Virus record (IMG/VR): IMGVR_UViG_3300029709_000016
Reading direction: 5' to 3' (one strand)
Length of the DNA: 57,842 bases
From: a virus
The notes beneath the pieces were generated by a model that saw only the letters and a program-made list of their open reading frames with translations, was not told the origin of the DNA and ran no database searches. The translations under genes were made by a program, and so were the position numbers. Positions 25,343 to 34,512 of this stretch are shown here, piece after piece; positions within the stretch are counted from its first letter, which is position 1, and every line of letters begins with the position of its first letter.

Positions 25343-25570
25343 ATGAAATATCCATATATCGTTATTAAAAACGGGAAATGGTATGCGGCAGGCGAAGAAG
25401 TCCCGGACACCGTGCCGGGAAACAAGCCCACCGGATATACCAAGACTGAAATCAACCGTATGCCGACAGCGGAATTGCAGAGTTTAGCGGCACAGAACGG
25501 CATTGAAAATGCGGCGGAAATGAGCGGAGTTGACCTTAAAGCAATCTTGATTGAGAAGTTAGGATTATAA
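25343..25570 (+). CDS. small protein with HeH/SAP-like C-terminal motif
   Basis: TAELQSLAAQNGIENAAEMSGVDLKAILIEKL. Confidence 0.35.
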   Translation: MKYPYIVIKNGKWYAAGEEVPDTVPGNKPTGYTKTEINRMPTAELQSLAAQNGIENAAEMSGVDLKAILIEKLGL

Positions 25571-25583
25571 GCAGGAGAACAGC

Positions 25584-25964
25584 ATGGAAGAATACACAAC
25601 ATTAGAGCAGGTAAAAATCCGGCTCAAACAATTTCATATTGAAACGGTTGAAAATGAGGATAACACTGAATCTGATGTTGTTGTGTTTGACAGCAAAGAA
25701 GACAACTTGCTTCTTGAACAGCTCATAAAACAGGCAACGAAAGATGTAATTGCAAAACGGTGTTATCCGCAAAGTTATACGCAGGAACAGATTGACAATG
25801 ACTTGAAATGCTATGAAAGTGTAATTGTCAATCTTGTGGTATATGACCGGTCACAGGCAGGAGAAAACTACATGGCAAGCTACAGTGAAAACGGTGTAAG
25901 CCGTAGCTGGAAAGACCGTGATAGCCTGTTTGTAGGGGTATATCCGTTTGTAAAAGCATTATAG
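25584..25964 (+). CDS. head-tail connector (gp6-like) protein
   Basis: 126 aa. LEQVKIRLKQ..D..LLEQLIKQATKDV pattern and its position. Confidence 0.55.
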   Translation: MEEYTTLEQVKIRLKQFHIETVENEDNTESDVVVFDSKEDNLLLEQLIKQATKDVIAKRCYPQSYTQEQIDNDLKCYESVIVNLVVYDRSQAGENYMASYSENGVSRSWKDRDSLFVGVYPFVKAL

Positions 25965-26066
25965 AAGATTGTGCGTTACGTTTTACCAGCACCGGGGAAA
26001 CGTAGCAGGCGGCACACAGTAAGGGTGGTGGGCGGTGTGCCACAAAAAAATGAAAGGCGGTATATT

Positions 26067-26390
26067 ATGCCAGTTGCAATAATTATAAGTATCATATCGG
26101 TTGCTTTTTCCGTCTTTTTTGGATTTTTTAGTCTTTGGTTTGGTTTGAAAAACAACAAACACACAGACACAAAAGACATTGAAGAACGCGTAAAAGAGAA
26201 TACACGTATCAATATGAAACTTGACGCCATTTCAAGCAATACAACTGAAATAAAAAAAGAAGTGTCAGAAATGAGAAAAGAGATTAATTCTCACGATACA
26301 CGAATTATCAAAGTTGAAGAAGGCGTGAAATCGGCACATTACAGACTGAACACTATTGAAGAACGTCTGAATGGCGAAAAGGAGATGTAA
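26067..26390 (+). CDS. N-terminal TM + coiled-coil protein (107 aa)
   Basis: ATG after gaaaggcgg. PVAIIISIISVAFSVFFGFFSLWFGL, then a heptad-rich helix. Confidence 0.5.
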   Translation: MPVAIIISIISVAFSVFFGFFSLWFGLKNNKHTDTKDIEERVKENTRINMKLDAISSNTTEIKKEVSEMRKEINSHDTRIIKVEEGVKSAHYRLNTIEERLNGEKEM

Positions 26391-26391
26391 T

Positions 26392-26718
26392 ATGAATATT
26401 TTAGAAACATTGACGTCAAACATCATGATTATTTTAGCGGTAATCGGCGCAATCGCGTTTATTGTGTCGGTGATTACACAGGTTATCAAAGGAGTAGGTG
26501 TTTTTGCGAAGATTCCAACTGACGGATTGGTACTTGTGTTATCAATCGGCATTACAGTAGCGGCATTTGTAGCATATATGCAGTATTTACACATGACTAT
26601 CCTGTGGTACATGGTTTTAGCCGCAATTATGGCAGGCTTTGTTGTTGCTTTTGTTGCTATGTATGGCTGGGAGAAGCTTTCAGAACTGTGGAAACGGTTC
26701 GGAAAGAACGTAGATTGA
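26392..26718 (+). CDS. holin (multi-TM, Hol118-like, putative)
   Basis: ATG after aaggaga. Three hydrophobic helices, TQVIKGVGVFAKIP motif, charged C-terminus. Confidence 0.55.
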   Translation: MNILETLTSNIMIILAVIGAIAFIVSVITQVIKGVGVFAKIPTDGLVLVLSIGITVAAFVAYMQYLHMTILWYMVLAAIMAGFVVAFVAMYGWEKLSELWKRFGKNVD

Positions 26719-26719
26719 T

Positions 26720-27151
26720 ATGTTGGACATTAATAAACAAAAGATGATTTACGCACTTAAAGACGGCAGAACACCGGTATACCAACTGAATAAAGACGGC
26801 TCAATAAAATACATCATTGTTGACGGTGAAGAAGTCCCTGTTGAAACAGGAGAGTATACCACAGGTTATAAAAAGCCTGTGGTTTTTTATTCTTCAATAA
26901 GCAATAAATTAAGTGAAGCACTGATAAAGGAATTTGGTGTAGATAATTCTACGAATTTTGTTCAAATTGTGGAAGACAAAGGCAAATTGCCGTTAGATGT
27001 TGGCTCGCTTGTTTGGAAAAAGTCGGAAGTGAGGTACAAAGATAAGGATAAAACAATCATTGATGAAACCAGTTGCGATTATATCGTTAAGGGTGTCGCT
27101 GATGAGGGATTAACGGCAGATTTATTTCTTTTACAGAGAAACGTGAGGTAA
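26720..27151 (+). CDS. head-tail/tail accessory protein (unknown)
   Basis: ORF in the morphogenesis operon. Confidence 0.4.
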   Translation: MLDINKQKMIYALKDGRTPVYQLNKDGSIKYIIVDGEEVPVETGEYTTGYKKPVVFYSSISNKLSEALIKEFGVDNSTNFVQIVEDKGKLPLDVGSLVWKKSEVRYKDKDKTIIDETSCDYIVKGVADEGLTADLFLLQRNVR

Positions 27152-27155
27152 GCAC

Positions 27156-27695
27156 ATGGCTACAAGACCAATAGTTATAACATTGTCCCAAAAATCCGTA
27201 GAAAACGCAATAAAACGAGTACAGCAGTATCAATTAAGATTTCAACGCAAACTTAGAAAATTCGTGAAAGAACTTGCTAATGTAGGCATTGCCGTAGTTG
27301 ATACCAATATGACAGAAGCGCAGTATACGTTTGACGGCAAAATAAGAAGCGGTTCTGACACGTCACACAATGCTTACGTAGAACTTAATTCCAATGGTAG
27401 TACGGCAGAAGCAAAACTGATTGTACAGGGGAAAGAACTGTTATTTATCGAGTTTGGCGCAGGCGTATATTATAACGGCGCCGCCGGTGCAAGTCCGCAC
27501 CCCAAAGGAGAAGAATTTGGATTTTTAATCGGTTCGTATGGCAAAGGCAACGGACAAAAAAAGGTTTGGGGCTATTACGATGAAAATAACCAACTTGTGC
27601 TTACAAGAGGTGTAAAAGCTACTATGCCAGTATTGAAAGCAGAGCAAAAGATAATTGAGGACTACAAAAATGTTGTAAAGAAGGTGTTCGGATAA
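27156..27695 (+). CDS. head-tail joining / tail completion protein (putative)
   Basis: Position, plus LLFIEFGAGVYYN motif. Confidence 0.35.
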   Translation: MATRPIVITLSQKSVENAIKRVQQYQLRFQRKLRKFVKELANVGIAVVDTNMTEAQYTFDGKIRSGSDTSHNAYVELNSNGSTAEAKLIVQGKELLFIEFGAGVYYNGAAGASPHPKGEEFGFLIGSYGKGNGQKKVWGYYDENNQLVLTRGVKATMPVLKAEQKIIEDYKNVVKKVFG

Positions 27696-28105
27696 TGATT
27701 GATAATCAGTGGGCTTTTGATTTAGAAACAAATGTATTTTCGATAATCAAAAAAAAGGCATTGGCAATTCTTGAAGATAATTACCCGGATATTAGCATTA
27801 CAACCGATGAAGAATCAAACGATAAACCGGTGTTTCCGACAATATTAATACAGTCTGTTGAACCGACTGAAACAAACAGCGATTTAGAAGCCGACAGAAT
27901 TAATACTGTAGACTTTACAGCACAGGTAACAGTAACAACAAACCGAAGCAGAAGCGAGGCATTGCAAGTATCCAATGTTATAGCAGATTTGTACAAGAAA
28001 CGATTGTTTAAGATAAAGCCCATGCCGTTTGTACGAAAAGAGGGGAATCTGTGGACAGCAACTTTCCGTGCAAAGCGCAAATTTGGGTGGAATGACATTT
28101 TATAG
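27695..28105 (+). CDS. tail completion/terminator-like protein (putative)
   Basis: Position immediately upstream of the major tail gene. Confidence 0.35.
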   Translation: MIDNQWAFDLETNVFSIIKKKALAILEDNYPDISITTDEESNDKPVFPTILIQSVEPTETNSDLEADRINTVDFTAQVTVTTNRSRSEALQVSNVIADLYKKRLFKIKPMPFVRKEGNLWTATFRAKRKFGWNDIL

Positions 28106-28162
28106 CAATTTACAAAGAGCCGAAAGGCTCTTATTTTTATGCATTTTTTTTAGGAGGTAAAC

Positions 28163-28663
28163 ATGGCTACAGGTTTAAAAAGTAGAATTATTTACAGGAA
28201 AAAGACCAAAGAAAGCAACGAAAGCGATTACTGGGCTGGCACATACAACCTGTTGATTAGAGCAAAAAGTATTCCGTCCCCAGTAGGTGAGCGTAACATG
28301 GTTGATACGTCTACGTTGGAAGATTTAGTCGAAACGCAAGAACCCGGAAGACGCGCGGCGGGTTCAATGGCTGTAAGCGGTGCATTTGAACGCGAATATC
28401 TTGACAATTTAGTTGAGATTGAAGACGAAAAGTTAGACATTGTTGTTCTTTATGGCACAGACGGCAAAGGTAAAGAGGGTATTTGTGGTTTTATCGGCTC
28501 TGAATCATTCGCACCGGACGAAGCTACAGACGACCATTTAACAGGCACTTGCAACATTGCTATTTCAACAGTGCCGCGTTGGATTCATAAAGATTATGAC
28601 GTTGCGGTAACAGAAGATGAAAACGGTTATCCGACATCAATTACATTATCAAAAAAATCGTAA
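28163..28663 (+). CDS. major tail (tube) protein
   Basis: 166 aa with a strong RBS aggaggt, just upstream of the chaperone pair. Confidence 0.55.
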   Translation: MATGLKSRIIYRKKTKESNESDYWAGTYNLLIRAKSIPSPVGERNMVDTSTLEDLVETQEPGRRAAGSMAVSGAFEREYLDNLVEIEDEKLDIVVLYGTDGKGKEGICGFIGSESFAPDEATDDHLTGTCNIAISTVPRWIHKDYDVAVTEDENGYPTSITLSKKS

Positions 28664-28802
28664 GTCAGTCCGGAAAAACAAATAAGGCTGTTGCGACTGA
28701 CGAGGATACAAAAACAGCCGTAGTAATTTGATAGTTAGTAAATAATATGGCAGGGCGGCAGAAATGCCGTCCCTGTCCTATATAAAGCGAAAAGGACAGG
28801 TA

Positions 28803-29240
28803 ATGAATATGAAAACAATTACAGTAAACAGTAACGAATATAAATTAGAGTTCTCTTTTGAAGCGGCAGAGTATAAAGACATCGTGCAGAAAATGTTTAA
28901 GGTCCTCAGCGGTGCTTACGTTGTCGAAGAATCAAAGGATATGCAGAATCCTACTACTAAGGATATTATCAACGGCACGGCAAATATGATTGGCGATACA
29001 GCAGATATTTGCGTTACTGCTTTTTATGCCGGCTTATTAGAAAATAATCCACTTTCACATGAAGAAGCAAAAACAGTCATGAGGGATTATATGAAAGAAA
29101 ATAAGCTTTCGTACAAAAAACTGTATGACGAATTGAGAAATTGCATGGAAACAGATGGTTTTTTCGACCTGTCGGGGCTGAACGACATGATTCAGCAGAT
29201 GTACGGGACAGCACCGGAAGCGACAGCACAGACAGCATAA
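28803..29240 (+). CDS. tail assembly chaperone (G-like)
   Basis: Lies between the tail tube and tape measure genes. Contains the slippery site. Confidence 0.7.
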   Translation: MNMKTITVNSNEYKLEFSFEAAEYKDIVQKMFKVLSGAYVVEESKDMQNPTTKDIINGTANMIGDTADICVTAFYAGLLENNPLSHEEAKTVMRDYMKENKLSYKKLYDELRNCMETDGFFDLSGLNDMIQQMYGTAPEATAQTA

Positions 29241-29632
29241 AAAAATCTGAAATTAACTGGCATAAAATAATTTGGGAAGACTATTTTCCGACAGCCTTTT
29301 CAATCGGGATACACATAGATGAGTTTAAGCATATGACACCGGCACAGTTAGGATACTGCATAAAAGGACATGAGTTGAAAAGAAAAGAACAGGATAGCGA
29401 TATGTGGCACTTTGCCGGCACATATGGAATATCTGCCCTTATTTATGCGATAGACCGTTGCTTAAACGGTAAAAAGGCAAGGTCGGAGTACATCAAAAAA
29501 CCAGTTTCAATTTTACTTGAAGAAGAAAGTAAGCCAAAATCAAAAGAAAGCAATGAAGATGTTGCAATGTTTGAAATGCAACAAAGAATCAAAATACTGG
29601 AAAAAGAGGGCGGCATATTAAGTCCGTCATAG
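28803..29632 (+). CDS. tail assembly chaperone G-T fusion made by -1 programmed frameshift
   Basis: Heptamer T_TTT_TTC at 29159-29165 in the zero frame (ggt ttt ttc). The -1 frame then stays open to 29632 (FFRPVGAERH...). Confidence 0.65.
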
Positions 29633-29667
29633 GTGGTAGCACGCGAATTGCTACCACCTTTATTTTT
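29632..29667 (+). terminator. Intrinsic terminator-like hairpin between chaperone and tape measure genes
   Basis: ggtggtagc-N9-gctaccacc followed by tttattttt. Confidence 0.55.
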
Positions 29668-29687
29668 GCGCTAAAGGTGGTGAGGAC

Positions 29688-32600
29688 GTGGCAGATAATG
29701 AACTGGACAGCTTAGAACTTAAAATACAAGCAAATGCAACACAGGCAAACAATGCGCTTGATAAACTTGTTAAAAATTTAGAGAATTTATCAAGTTCGTT
29801 AGGAGTTATCAACAATGCCAATCTTGCGGGGTTTGCAAGTGGTGTAAAAAATATTACAAATGCAATGCAGGGAATGAAAAGCGTAAGCACGGCAGATTTT
29901 ACGCGTTTGTCAAAAGGTATTCAGAAGATTTCAACCATTGACACTGCCGCAATAAGCAAGGCTTCTACAGCAATGACGTACTTAAGTAAGTCATTTAATT
30001 CCATGCAGGCAACCAGTGAAGCAACAAAGCAGATTACGGGACTTGTGACAGGAATCAAGCAGTTAGGATATGCCAGCGCCGCAAAAGCTATTGACAATAT
30101 ACCGAAGCTTTCAAGCGCGATGAAACAGCTTATGCAAGAACTGTCAAAAGCACCACAGGTAAGTCAAAATCTTATTGACATGACTAATGCGCTTGCGAAT
30201 TTAAGCCGCACAGGGGCTTCAAGTGGCAGAGCGGCAACGTCATTAAGCAAAAACTTTTTGAATGTTTCATCTTCTGCAAATTCGGCAACCAAAAGCAGTT
30301 GGTCGTTGGCTTCTGCATTTGGTAAATTATACGCTTCATACTGGCTTGTTTTCAGGGCAATAAATAAACTGGGAGATTCGATTAATATAGCTTCATCACT
30401 CACGGAAGTTGAAAATGTTGTACGTACAACTTTTGGAAATTATGAAAACCTTGTAGACGACATGGCAAAAACATCTATACAGGATTTTGGTATGTCAGAA
30501 CTGTCCGTAAAGCAGTATTCAAGCCGTTTTCAAGCTATGGGCGTCGCTATGGGATTTTCTCAAAAGAAAATGGCCGATATGTCCATTGAACTGACAAAGC
30601 TGACGGCCGATATGGCTTCATTTTACGATGTAGAACAGTCAGACGTTGCGAGAAATCTTCAAGCAATTTTCACAGGCGAAACAGAGCCATTAAGAAAATA
30701 TGGACTTGATTTGACACAAGCAACGTTAAAAGAGTGGGCTTTAAAAAACGGACTTGACGCTAATATCAGTTCCATGACGCAAGCAGAAAAAACCATGTTG
30801 CGATACAAATATGTTATGGCAAATACGGTGGCAGCGCAAGGCGACTTTGCAAAAACTGCCGATACATGGCACAATCAAACGGTCATTTTAAAGCAATCAT
30901 TTCAAGAACTGGCAGGAATTATAGGTACATCGTTGATTAATGCGTTTAAGCCGTTTTTAAGCGGATTAAATTTCGCAATGACACAGGTTATTAATTTCGC
31001 TGAAACGGTAACAAATGCCTTAGGTGCAATTTTTGGTTGGAAATTTGAAGTTACAAACAAAGGTATTGCCGATGATTGGTCGGACGCCGCGGACAGCGCC
31101 GATGATATAGCAGACAGCACCGGAAACGCCGCTAAAAACGTTGAAAAGCTGAATAAGGGTGTAAGACAGTTTGATGAATTAAAACTGATTACAACACCGG
31201 ATTCAAGCAGTGGAAATGGCAAAAAGGGTAGCGGTACAGGAGCGGCAAGTGCAGACGGAGCAAGCGGTGGCCTTGTGAAAGTCGATACCATTTGGAAAGA
31301 CTATAAAAGTCAAATTAAAAATTTACGCGAGTTAGGCGAGTATATAGGCAATACGCTTACAGATACGCTGAATAGCATTGACTGGGACAGCGTGTATGCC
31401 GGTGCTAAAAATTTTGGTAAAGGCCTTGCTGATTTCCTCAACGGGCTTATCTCACCGAAATTATTCGGTGCTGTCGGCAGAACTATTGCAGGAGCATTAA
31501 ATACTGCTGTGTATACGGCTTTATCGTTTGGGGAAACGCTTGACTGGGAAAACTTAGGATTTTCTATTGCAACCGGAATAAATCAATTTTTTGAAACGTT
31601 TGATTTTGCTTCAACCGCAAAAGCTATCAATAAGTGGGTTCAAGGCATTTATGACACAATCAAAACAGCTATAAAAAATATCAAATGGTCAAAAGTGCTT
31701 GAGGGAATAGCAACATTAATTGGTGATGTTGAACTAAAAACAGTAGCAATCATAATTGGAGCAGTACTTTTAAAGAAATATTTCAAACTGGAAATTGCTA
31801 AAAATATTTTAAAGGGTATTGCAACGTCAATTTCACAGTCAATAGCAAAATCACTTGCGGCAAAAATGGGTGTTGAAATTGCACAAAACGCAGGAATTTC
31901 AAAGGCACTTACAGCTGGAATTAAAAAATCAATAGGAAATATTGATTATGGTGGACTATCAAAAACACTTTCGTCTTTAATGTCAACAAAGTTAAAAGCC
32001 ACAATCGGAATTGCGGGTATTGCAACAGAGTTTTTAACAGTTGCAACTGTTTTTGAAAAAATTGGGGAAGGTGCTAATTTTACAGTCGGCATGTTGGCAA
32101 AAGTGGCGGCAGGCGCAGGAGTGGCGGCGGCCGCATTGAAGTTGATTGGCTTATCTACACCGTGGACAGCGGCTATCGTTGGTATTACAGGTGTGGTTGC
32201 GGCTATCGCAGGAATCGGCATTGGTGCGGCAAAAGCAGAAAAAGAGATAAAAGATTCATCTATAAATATAAGCGATACAGTAAAACAGACAGCGGAAAAC
32301 TTAAATTCAACAATACAGTCATCTAAAGACCAGCTTAACAGTGTAGGTGATACCTACGCAGGCGTTAAAAGCGTTGCAGATAAATATTTTGAATTGGCAG
32401 ATAATTTTGACAATTTAACAGATTCGCAAAAAGAAATGCTTATTGCATACGCAAATTACATTGTCGAACAGTGTCCAGAATTGGCAGATTCGATTGATAC
32501 GGTAACAGGTGAGTTTAAAGGGCAAAAAGATGAAGTTTACAATACAATTTCTGCACTTGAAGCTTATGCCAAAGCGGCGGCAATGCAAGATGTATTAAAG

Positions 32601-33932
32601 GATTTGTACAAACAACAATTTGACATCGGAAACCAGTTAAAAGAAAACAATGAAAAAATTAATGAAGCAGATAAAATCATCTACGATTACGTCAAAAACC
32701 TCACCGGGATGTCTAAACAGGCATTTGATTCAACATATGAAATCAGTGGATTGGGTGACGCATTTGATGTTTTAACGGAAATACTTGATAAAACAAAAGA
32801 ACGCACTAACGGTTTCAAAAAGACATCAGAAGATTTGCGTAATGAACTGGGACTTAATCGCAAAGAAGTTCACGAATTAACAAATAACAGCGTAATATTA
32901 GAAAATAATTATGCAAAGGCTACAAACGCAATATCAGACGCCGCGACAGAAGCGGCAGTATGCAGAAATGAATACAACAATCTTACCCAACAGCAGGACG
33001 AAACCGCGGACAGTTCTAATAATTTGCGGGATACAATGCAACAAAACAATGAGCAAATAAGAGAATCCGTGCAACAGTCAATGTATGACATTGAAAAAAA
33101 TGTAGCGGAAAAGTCAGGCGAATCTACAGAAGATATTTCAAATTTTTACAACAAGGCAAGTGAAACCTTTGGCAGATTGGGTGTTGTAGGAACAGACGGC
33201 GGTACAAAGCTGTATAACGGATTTACGACCACAACAAGCGGATTGCCGGGATACAATAGCGCAATATTCGACAATATTCAACAAACGGCTATTTCAAAGG
33301 CACTTGATACCGGCTCAAAAGCGGGTGAAAACTTTGTTGATACGTATAAGAAAAATATTGACGGTGTACCGAACACAACGGCAGTTGCTTTCCTGTCAAT
33401 TATAGACGCAGTAAACGCAGGAGAAATCGGTTCAGATGTTGGTGCTGACCTCATGAACAACTTAGCGGATACGATAAGCAGTAAAGCATGGAAAGTCCAT
33501 GACGCATTAACCAATGCTATTCAAACAAATTACAAATTGGAATTGGAAACAGACGGAAATTACAGTACGGGCGACCCGTTTAGCACTGGATTTTCAAGGT
33601 TAAACGTTAAAGAAATTCCCAAAAGAGCAAAAGGCGGATATTTGCCGCAGAAATATAGCATTTGCATAGCGGGCGAAAATGGCATACCAGAAATTGCCGG
33701 AACGGTCGGCGGCAAGTCGGCAGTAGCGGGCGGCGCAGAAATTACGGGTATTAAAGATTCCATTTACGATACGTCACAGCAAGAGATAGCATTGCTTAGA
33801 CAGCAGAACCAGTTGTTACAAGGAATACTCAACAAGGACTTGAGTATAAGCCAAAACGACATCGGAAGCAGTGCAAGAAAATACGCAAGAGAATATTTTA
33901 AAAGAACTGGCAAACCGGCATTTGATTATTAA
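29688..33932 (+). CDS. tail tape measure protein (1414 aa)
   Basis: GTG after aaaggtggtgagg. Long helical protein with a central hydrophobic Gly/Ala-rich block. Confidence 0.9.
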   Translation: MADNELDSLELKIQANATQANNALDKLVKNLENLSSSLGVINNANLAGFASGVKNITNAMQGMKSVSTADFTRLSKGIQKISTIDTAAISKASTAMTYLSKSFNSMQATSEATKQITGLVTGIKQLGYASAAKAIDNIPKLSSAMKQLMQELSKAPQVSQNLIDMTNALANLSRTGASSGRAATSLSKNFLNVSSSANSATKSSWSLASAFGKLYASYWLVFRAINKLGDSINIASSLTEVENVVRTTFGNYENLVDDMAKTSIQDFGMSELSVKQYSSRFQAMGVAMGFSQKKMADMSIELTKLTADMASFYDVEQSDVARNLQAIFTGETEPLRKYGLDLTQATLKEWALKNGLDANISSMTQAEKTMLRYKYVMANTVAAQGDFAKTADTWHNQTVILKQSFQELAGIIGTSLINAFKPFLSGLNFAMTQVINFAETVTNALGAIFGWKFEVTNKGIADDWSDAADSADDIADSTGNAAKNVEKLNKGVRQFDELKLITTPDSSSGNGKKGSGTGAASADGASGGLVKVDTIWKDYKSQIKNLRELGEYIGNTLTDTLNSIDWDSVYAGAKNFGKGLADFLNGLISPKLFGAVGRTIAGALNTAVYTALSFGETLDWENLGFSIATGINQFFETFDFASTAKAINKWVQGIYDTIKTAIKNIKWSKVLEGIATLIGDVELKTVAIIIGAVLLKKYFKLEIAKNILKGIATSISQSIAKSLAAKMGVEIAQNAGISKALTAGIKKSIGNIDYGGLSKTLSSLMSTKLKATIGIAGIATEFLTVATVFEKIGEGANFTVGMLAKVAAGAGVAAAALKLIGLSTPWTAAIVGITGVVAAIAGIGIGAAKAEKEIKDSSINISDTVKQTAENLNSTIQSSKDQLNSVGDTYAGVKSVADKYFELADNFDNLTDSQKEMLIAYANYIVEQCPELADSIDTVTGEFKGQKDEVYNTISALEAYAKAAAMQDVLKDLYKQQFDIGNQLKENNEKINEADKIIYDYVKNLTGMSKQAFDSTYEISGLGDAFDVLTEILDKTKERTNGFKKTSEDLRNELGLNRKEVHELTNNSVILENNYAKATNAISDAATEAAVCRNEYNNLTQQQDETADSSNNLRDTMQQNNEQIRESVQQSMYDIEKNVAEKSGESTEDISNFYNKASETFGRLGVVGTDGGTKLYNGFTTTTSGLPGYNSAIFDNIQQTAISKALDTGSKAGENFVDTYKKNIDGVPNTTAVAFLSIIDAVNAGEIGSDVGADLMNNLADTISSKAWKVHDALTNAIQTNYKLELETDGNYSTGDPFSTGFSRLNVKEIPKRAKGGYLPQKYSICIAGENGIPEIAGTVGGKSAVAGGAEITGIKDSIYDTSQQEIALLRQQNQLLQGILNKDLSISQNDIGSSARKYAREYFKRTGKPAFDY

Positions 33933-34095
33933 TGCATGTACAATAGATGATAATTAATCTATTATAATACGTGACAACTTGCTTTGCGGCGGAATCTATT
34001 TTATGTAGGTTTCGCCTTTTGCCATTTCTTTAGCACATATCGAATGCCGGTATGTGCTTTTTTGTTACCAATTTTTAAAAATGTGAGGTGCAGGC

Positions 34096-34512
34096 ATGGC
34101 GTACAACGGCTTTTTAATTAAAATTGGAGATTATACGATACCGGGCGGATTAATCAAGGCAGATTCCTACAGCGCATATGCAAATATGCAGGACATTGAC
34201 GATTACACGGACGCCAACGGATACGAGCATAGAAACGCTGTTGAATTAAAGGCATTAAAAGTTGAATTTGAAACCAAGGCAATGCTTACAAATGAAACAT
34301 TTGAAGTATTGATGAGCAATATTCGCAACAATTTTACAAATTCGCAGGAACGTGGCTGTTATATTACGGCTTATATCCCGGAATATGATGATTATGTTAC
34401 GCAGTATGGCTATATGGCTGATTTTCAGCCTACAATTTACGGCACGTACGGAAATGTAATTCGATACGATTCAATCAGGCTTGCTTTTATTGGAGGTGTT
34501 TACGGTGGTTAA
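34096..34512 (+). CDS. distal tail protein-like (putative)
   Basis: First gene after the tape measure gene. Confidence 0.4.
   Translation: MAYNGFLIKIGDYTIPGGLIKADSYSAYANMQDIDDYTDANGYEHRNAVELKALKVEFETKAMLTNETFEVLMSNIRNNFTNSQERGCYITAYIPEYDDYVTQYGYMADFQPTIYGTYGNVIRYDSIRLAFIGGVYGG

Noticed and set aside
29660-33763. Several 60-130-aa minus-strand ORFs inside the tape measure gene.
   Set aside because: They are antisense to a 1414-aa ORF with a clear function, have no RBSs, and have low-complexity translations typical of antisense frames.
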